A stretch of 64,000 bases of DNA from the NCBI GenBank assembly GCA_035249605.1, contig DATFGI010000026.1, positions 2,730 to 66,729 of the forward strand. Direction: 5' to 3'. The stretch's first letter is position 1, and every line of letters begins with the position of its first letter. This stretch comes from Acidimicrobiia bacterium. GTDB taxonomy: Bacteria; Actinomycetota; Acidimicrobiia; Spongiisociales; ZC4RG35. Below the pieces are notes generated by a model. It saw only the letters and a list, made by a program, of their open reading frames with translations. It searched no databases and was not told the DNA's origin. The position numbers were made by a program, and so were the translations under genes. This document shows positions 62,272 through 64,000 of the stretch, piece by piece.

Positions 62272-63852
62272 ATGCAAGAGCGAACGGGGCCAATCCTGTT
62301 GGTGATCGCCTTCGGGGCGATGCTCGGCTTCGTCGCCTTCCTGCTGGTGGGGCCGCGCGACGCCGGTGGAAGCACCGACGTCGGAGCGGGCTCCACTATC
62401 GGCACCGATGCCAGCGGGGATACCACCCCCGGCTCGACCGGGCCTGAAGAGACACAGGCAGGGCCTGGCTCGACCACGACCGCCCCCGGTCAGACCGACC
62501 GCGCCCCAGGCACTGTTCCCGGCTCCACCGTCGGCCTGCCGTGGGGATCGGTAGCCGGGCTGACCATGTTCCGGGGCAACCCCACCCGCACCTGGTACGG
62601 CACCGGGCCCATCTCCGAGCAGCCGGAGAGGATCTGGACTTATCCGGAAAACGCCATGTGCAGCGAGTCGACCAACAAGGGAGTGACGACCACCTGGTGC
62701 GGGATGGGATGGACCGGCCAGCCTGGGGTGTGGGAGCGGCCCGACGGTGTCACCGAGTTGATCTTCGGCGCCTATGACCGGTCGGTTCACTTCGTCGACG
62801 CCGAGACCGGACAGGCCCTCCGCCCCGAGTTCCCGACCGGTGACATCATCAAAGGTTCGGTCACCATCGACCCCGACGGTTTTCCGCTGCTCTACACCGG
62901 TTCCCGGGACGACAAACTCCGGATAATCGCCCTCGACCGGGACGAGCCGACCGAGCTGTGGTCCCTCGACGCTTATGCCGTCGAGGGTATATGGAACGAC
63001 GACTGGGATGGGAATCCCCTCATCATCGATGACATGATGTACGAGGGTGGCGAGAACGGTTGGTTCTTCGCATATCAGCTCAACCGGGCCTACGACTCCG
63101 AAGGCAAGGTGACGGTCGACCCCGAGCTGAGATTCTCCATGCGAGGTTGGACGCAGGATCAGTTGAGCGCCCTCGGTGACGAGGAAGTATCCATCGAGAA
63201 CTCAATTGTCGCCTACGAAGAGCGTGTCTACTTCGGCAACTCTGGTGGTCGGATCGTTGGGCTCGACGTCTCCGACATCCGCAATGGAAACGCACCGGTC
63301 GTATTCGACTATTGGAGCGGGGGAGACATCGATCCCACTCTGGTCGTCGACCCGGATGGATTCGTCTATGCATCCATCGAGTACGAGCCGGCGCAGATGG
63401 GATCGAACGAGACTGCTCGACAAGATGAGGTCGGCCAGCTGGTCAAGCTCGATCCGTACACCGACGGTGATCCGAGGGTGTGGGGTGTGGACCTCAGCGT
63501 GCCCGGGCAGGAGTCCGGGACGTGGGCCACACCTGCCCTCCACGAGGGTGTCCTCTACACCAACACTCATACGGGGTCGACGATCGCCGTCGACACCGAG
63601 AGCGGTGAGGTCGTTTGGGAGGACAGCACGGCGGGCTGGCACTCGTGGTCATCCCCTGTTGTCGTGGACGAGACCCTGGTGGTGGCCACTTGCGTCGGTG
63701 AGCTCAGGGGGTACTCGTTGGCCGATCCACGCTCGCCCCAGCGCAGCTGGACGGTCCCGGTGGGCGAGTCCTGTCTCGAAGCCACACCGGCTATCTGGAA
63801 CGGCGTGATCTACCTGGGGTCCCGCGACGGCTATCTGAGGGCGTTCCGCTAG
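62272..63852 (+). CDS. PQQ-like beta-propeller repeat protein, membrane-anchored/secreted
   Basis: It has an N-terminal TM helix and a Thr/Gly/Pro-rich linker. Repeated beta-strand motifs with W/G spacing (VYFGNSGGRIVGLD, VIYLGSRDGYLRAF) are typical of PQQ/BamB-like propellers. There is an AGGAGAG SD before ATG 62272. Confidence 0.65.
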   Translation: MQERTGPILLVIAFGAMLGFVAFLLVGPRDAGGSTDVGAGSTIGTDASGDTTPGSTGPEETQAGPGSTTTAPGQTDRAPGTVPGSTVGLPWGSVAGLTMFRGNPTRTWYGTGPISEQPERIWTYPENAMCSESTNKGVTTTWCGMGWTGQPGVWERPDGVTELIFGAYDRSVHFVDAETGQALRPEFPTGDIIKGSVTIDPDGFPLLYTGSRDDKLRIIALDRDEPTELWSLDAYAVEGIWNDDWDGNPLIIDDMMYEGGENGWFFAYQLNRAYDSEGKVTVDPELRFSMRGWTQDQLSALGDEEVSIENSIVAYEERVYFGNSGGRIVGLDVSDIRNGNAPVVFDYWSGGDIDPTLVVDPDGFVYASIEYEPAQMGSNETARQDEVGQLVKLDPYTDGDPRVWGVDLSVPGQESGTWATPALHEGVLYTNTHTGSTIAVDTESGEVVWEDSTAGWHSWSSPVVVDETLVVATCVGELRGYSLADPRSPQRSWTVPVGESCLEATPAIWNGVIYLGSRDGYLRAFR

Positions 63853-64000
63853 ATGAGCAGGCTTTGGCTGGGTGTGATGCTGATTGCCGCCTGCTCCGGG
63901 ACGGGGGCGGTGGCCACGACCACAACCGTTTCCGCTTCTACGAGCATCACCGAGGCCCCCACCTCAACCACCGAACCGCCACCGCAGTGCCCGGAGGCGC
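63853..64000 (+). CDS. lipoprotein, 5' part only (runs off the window)
   Basis: The ATG directly follows the upstream TAG. The translation is MSRLWLGVMLIAACSGTG (lipobox) followed by a Thr/Ser/Pro-rich linker. The frame is open to the window end. Confidence 0.45.
   Translation, partial: MSRLWLGVMLIAACSGTGAVATTTTVSASTSITEAPTSTTEPPPQCPEA

Overview
This is a high-G+C, actinobacterial-type chromosomal segment. It has two WhiB-like genes, a GlnR-like regulator coupled to glnA, frequent GTG/TTG starts, many 4-nt stop/start overlaps and several apparently leaderless genes. About 70 protein-coding genes can be supported. The left ~7 kb (nt 1-7090) looks like an integrated, partly decayed mobile island. 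It carries a tyrosine integrase and excisionase, and an RHH-like/SEC-C gene broken by an in-frame TAG. It also carries a 476-aa protein with an ApeA-like N-terminal region and a C-terminal RDxxxH HEPN motif, which is my best candidate for a stand-alone defence/abortive-infection nuclease. Other island cargo is an ECF sigma factor with a large membrane-anchored partner and a BrnT/BrnA-like pair. The island ends with phased direct repeats and an orphan 3' half of a tRNA-Pro(CGG)-like gene that fits an attR. The remainder is core metabolism and transport. It includes an arginase-family protein, aldehyde dehydrogenases, DUF47-Pit, two CNNM/CorC proteins and a Fur-family (Nur-like) regulator with a Nur-box-like operator facing cbiM(PDGLE)-cbiQ-cbiO. 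Next come an orphan receiver protein, NfeD, WhiB, selB-selA, a NUDIX/MBL/M23 peptidase group, two tandem CrtI-like oxidoreductases, a Liv-type ABC system, RDD, Mrp/ApbC, an ErpA-like protein, RidA, an ALDH7-like enzyme, a methyltransferase, a trans-sulfuration PLP enzyme and a DUF559 gene. The right half holds glnA with a GlnR-like regulator, WhiB, TetR, a phosphate supercluster (ppk-pstSCAB-phoU-RR-HK), dxs, two amino-acid ABC systems, a VOC protein, CapA, a PQQ-like beta-propeller protein and a truncated lipoprotein. No rRNA, intact tRNA, CRISPR array or transposase was seen. All calls rest on reading the supplied translations and the nucleotide sequence by eye. No database search, HMM search or GC computation was run.
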